This document shows, in pieces, positions 16,371 to 16,505 of a stretch of 16,505 nt of DNA. The stretch is from NCBI GenBank assembly GCA_965649115.1, contig CBFGJN010000044.1, positions 1-16,505 on the forward strand, written 5' to 3'. The stretch's first letter is position 1. Each line of letters starts with the position of its first letter. This DNA comes from a candidate division WOR-3 bacterium (GTDB lineage Bacteria; Hydrothermota; Hydrothermia; LBFQ01; DSFT01). A program made the translations under genes and the position numbers. A model generated the notes under the pieces. The model was not told the DNA's origin and made no database searches. It saw only the letters and a list, made by a program, of their open reading frames with translations.

Positions 16371-16424
16371 ATTGAAAATTTTAAAGGATAAAAAATTTCT
16401 AATCAGTGCTGTGTCTAGTAATTC

Positions 16425-16502
16425 TAAAAATATAATTATTTCTATATTTTACCCACCCACCCTAAATTCAAGGCTTCGCCTTTAAAATACCCATATTTCG
16501 GC
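16425..16502 (-). repeat. Intergenic hairpin/G-tract repeat, copy 3 (may continue beyond the window edge)
   Basis: The reverse complement reads GCCGAAATATGGGTATTTTA-AAGGC-GAA-GCCTT-GAATTTA-GGGTGGGTGGG-TAAAATATAGAAATAATTATATTTTTA. It shares GCCGAAATATGGGTATTTTAAAG exactly with copy 1. Confidence 0.85.
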
Positions 16503-16505
16503 TAT

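Noticed and set aside
1..16505. Avoidance of GGNCC, the site associated with TdeIII-type enzymes
   Set aside because: GGWCC sites are present (for example 2100, 6481, 12920). No depletion is evident by eye, and the enzyme's actual specificity is unknown.

Overview
Very AT-rich bacterial window from a diderm organism (it encodes outer-membrane beta-barrels). The compact, Lys/Glu/Ile-rich proteins suggest a thermophile, but taxonomy cannot be fixed from sequence alone. Left end: a defence cluster, with the 3' end of a TdeIII-family type II restriction endonuclease followed by a complete type III R-M pair (mod, res). The res reading frame runs 31 nt into a CCA-less tRNA-Leu(GAG), which ends only 2 nt before the ndk start codon. 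Next is a tightly packed housekeeping run: ndk, a beta-hydroxyacid dehydrogenase-like gene, cdsA, a GT2 glycosyltransferase, and a cytochrome c/FTR1 iron permease with an upstream Fur-like box. After a 300-nt intergenic region come ispA, a DUF212/divergent PAP2 gene and a porin-like beta-barrel. These converge on a minus-strand operon (TPR protein, HNH nuclease, small Omp85-like protein). The most striking unexplained signal is a non-coding repeat present three times (two + strand copies at ~10645-10885, one - strand copy at ~16425-16502). Its pattern is GGG - T-rich - GNA-triloop hairpin (with a compensatory base-pair swap) - GGGTGGGTGGG, a candidate hairpin-containing G-quadruplex or REP-like element.
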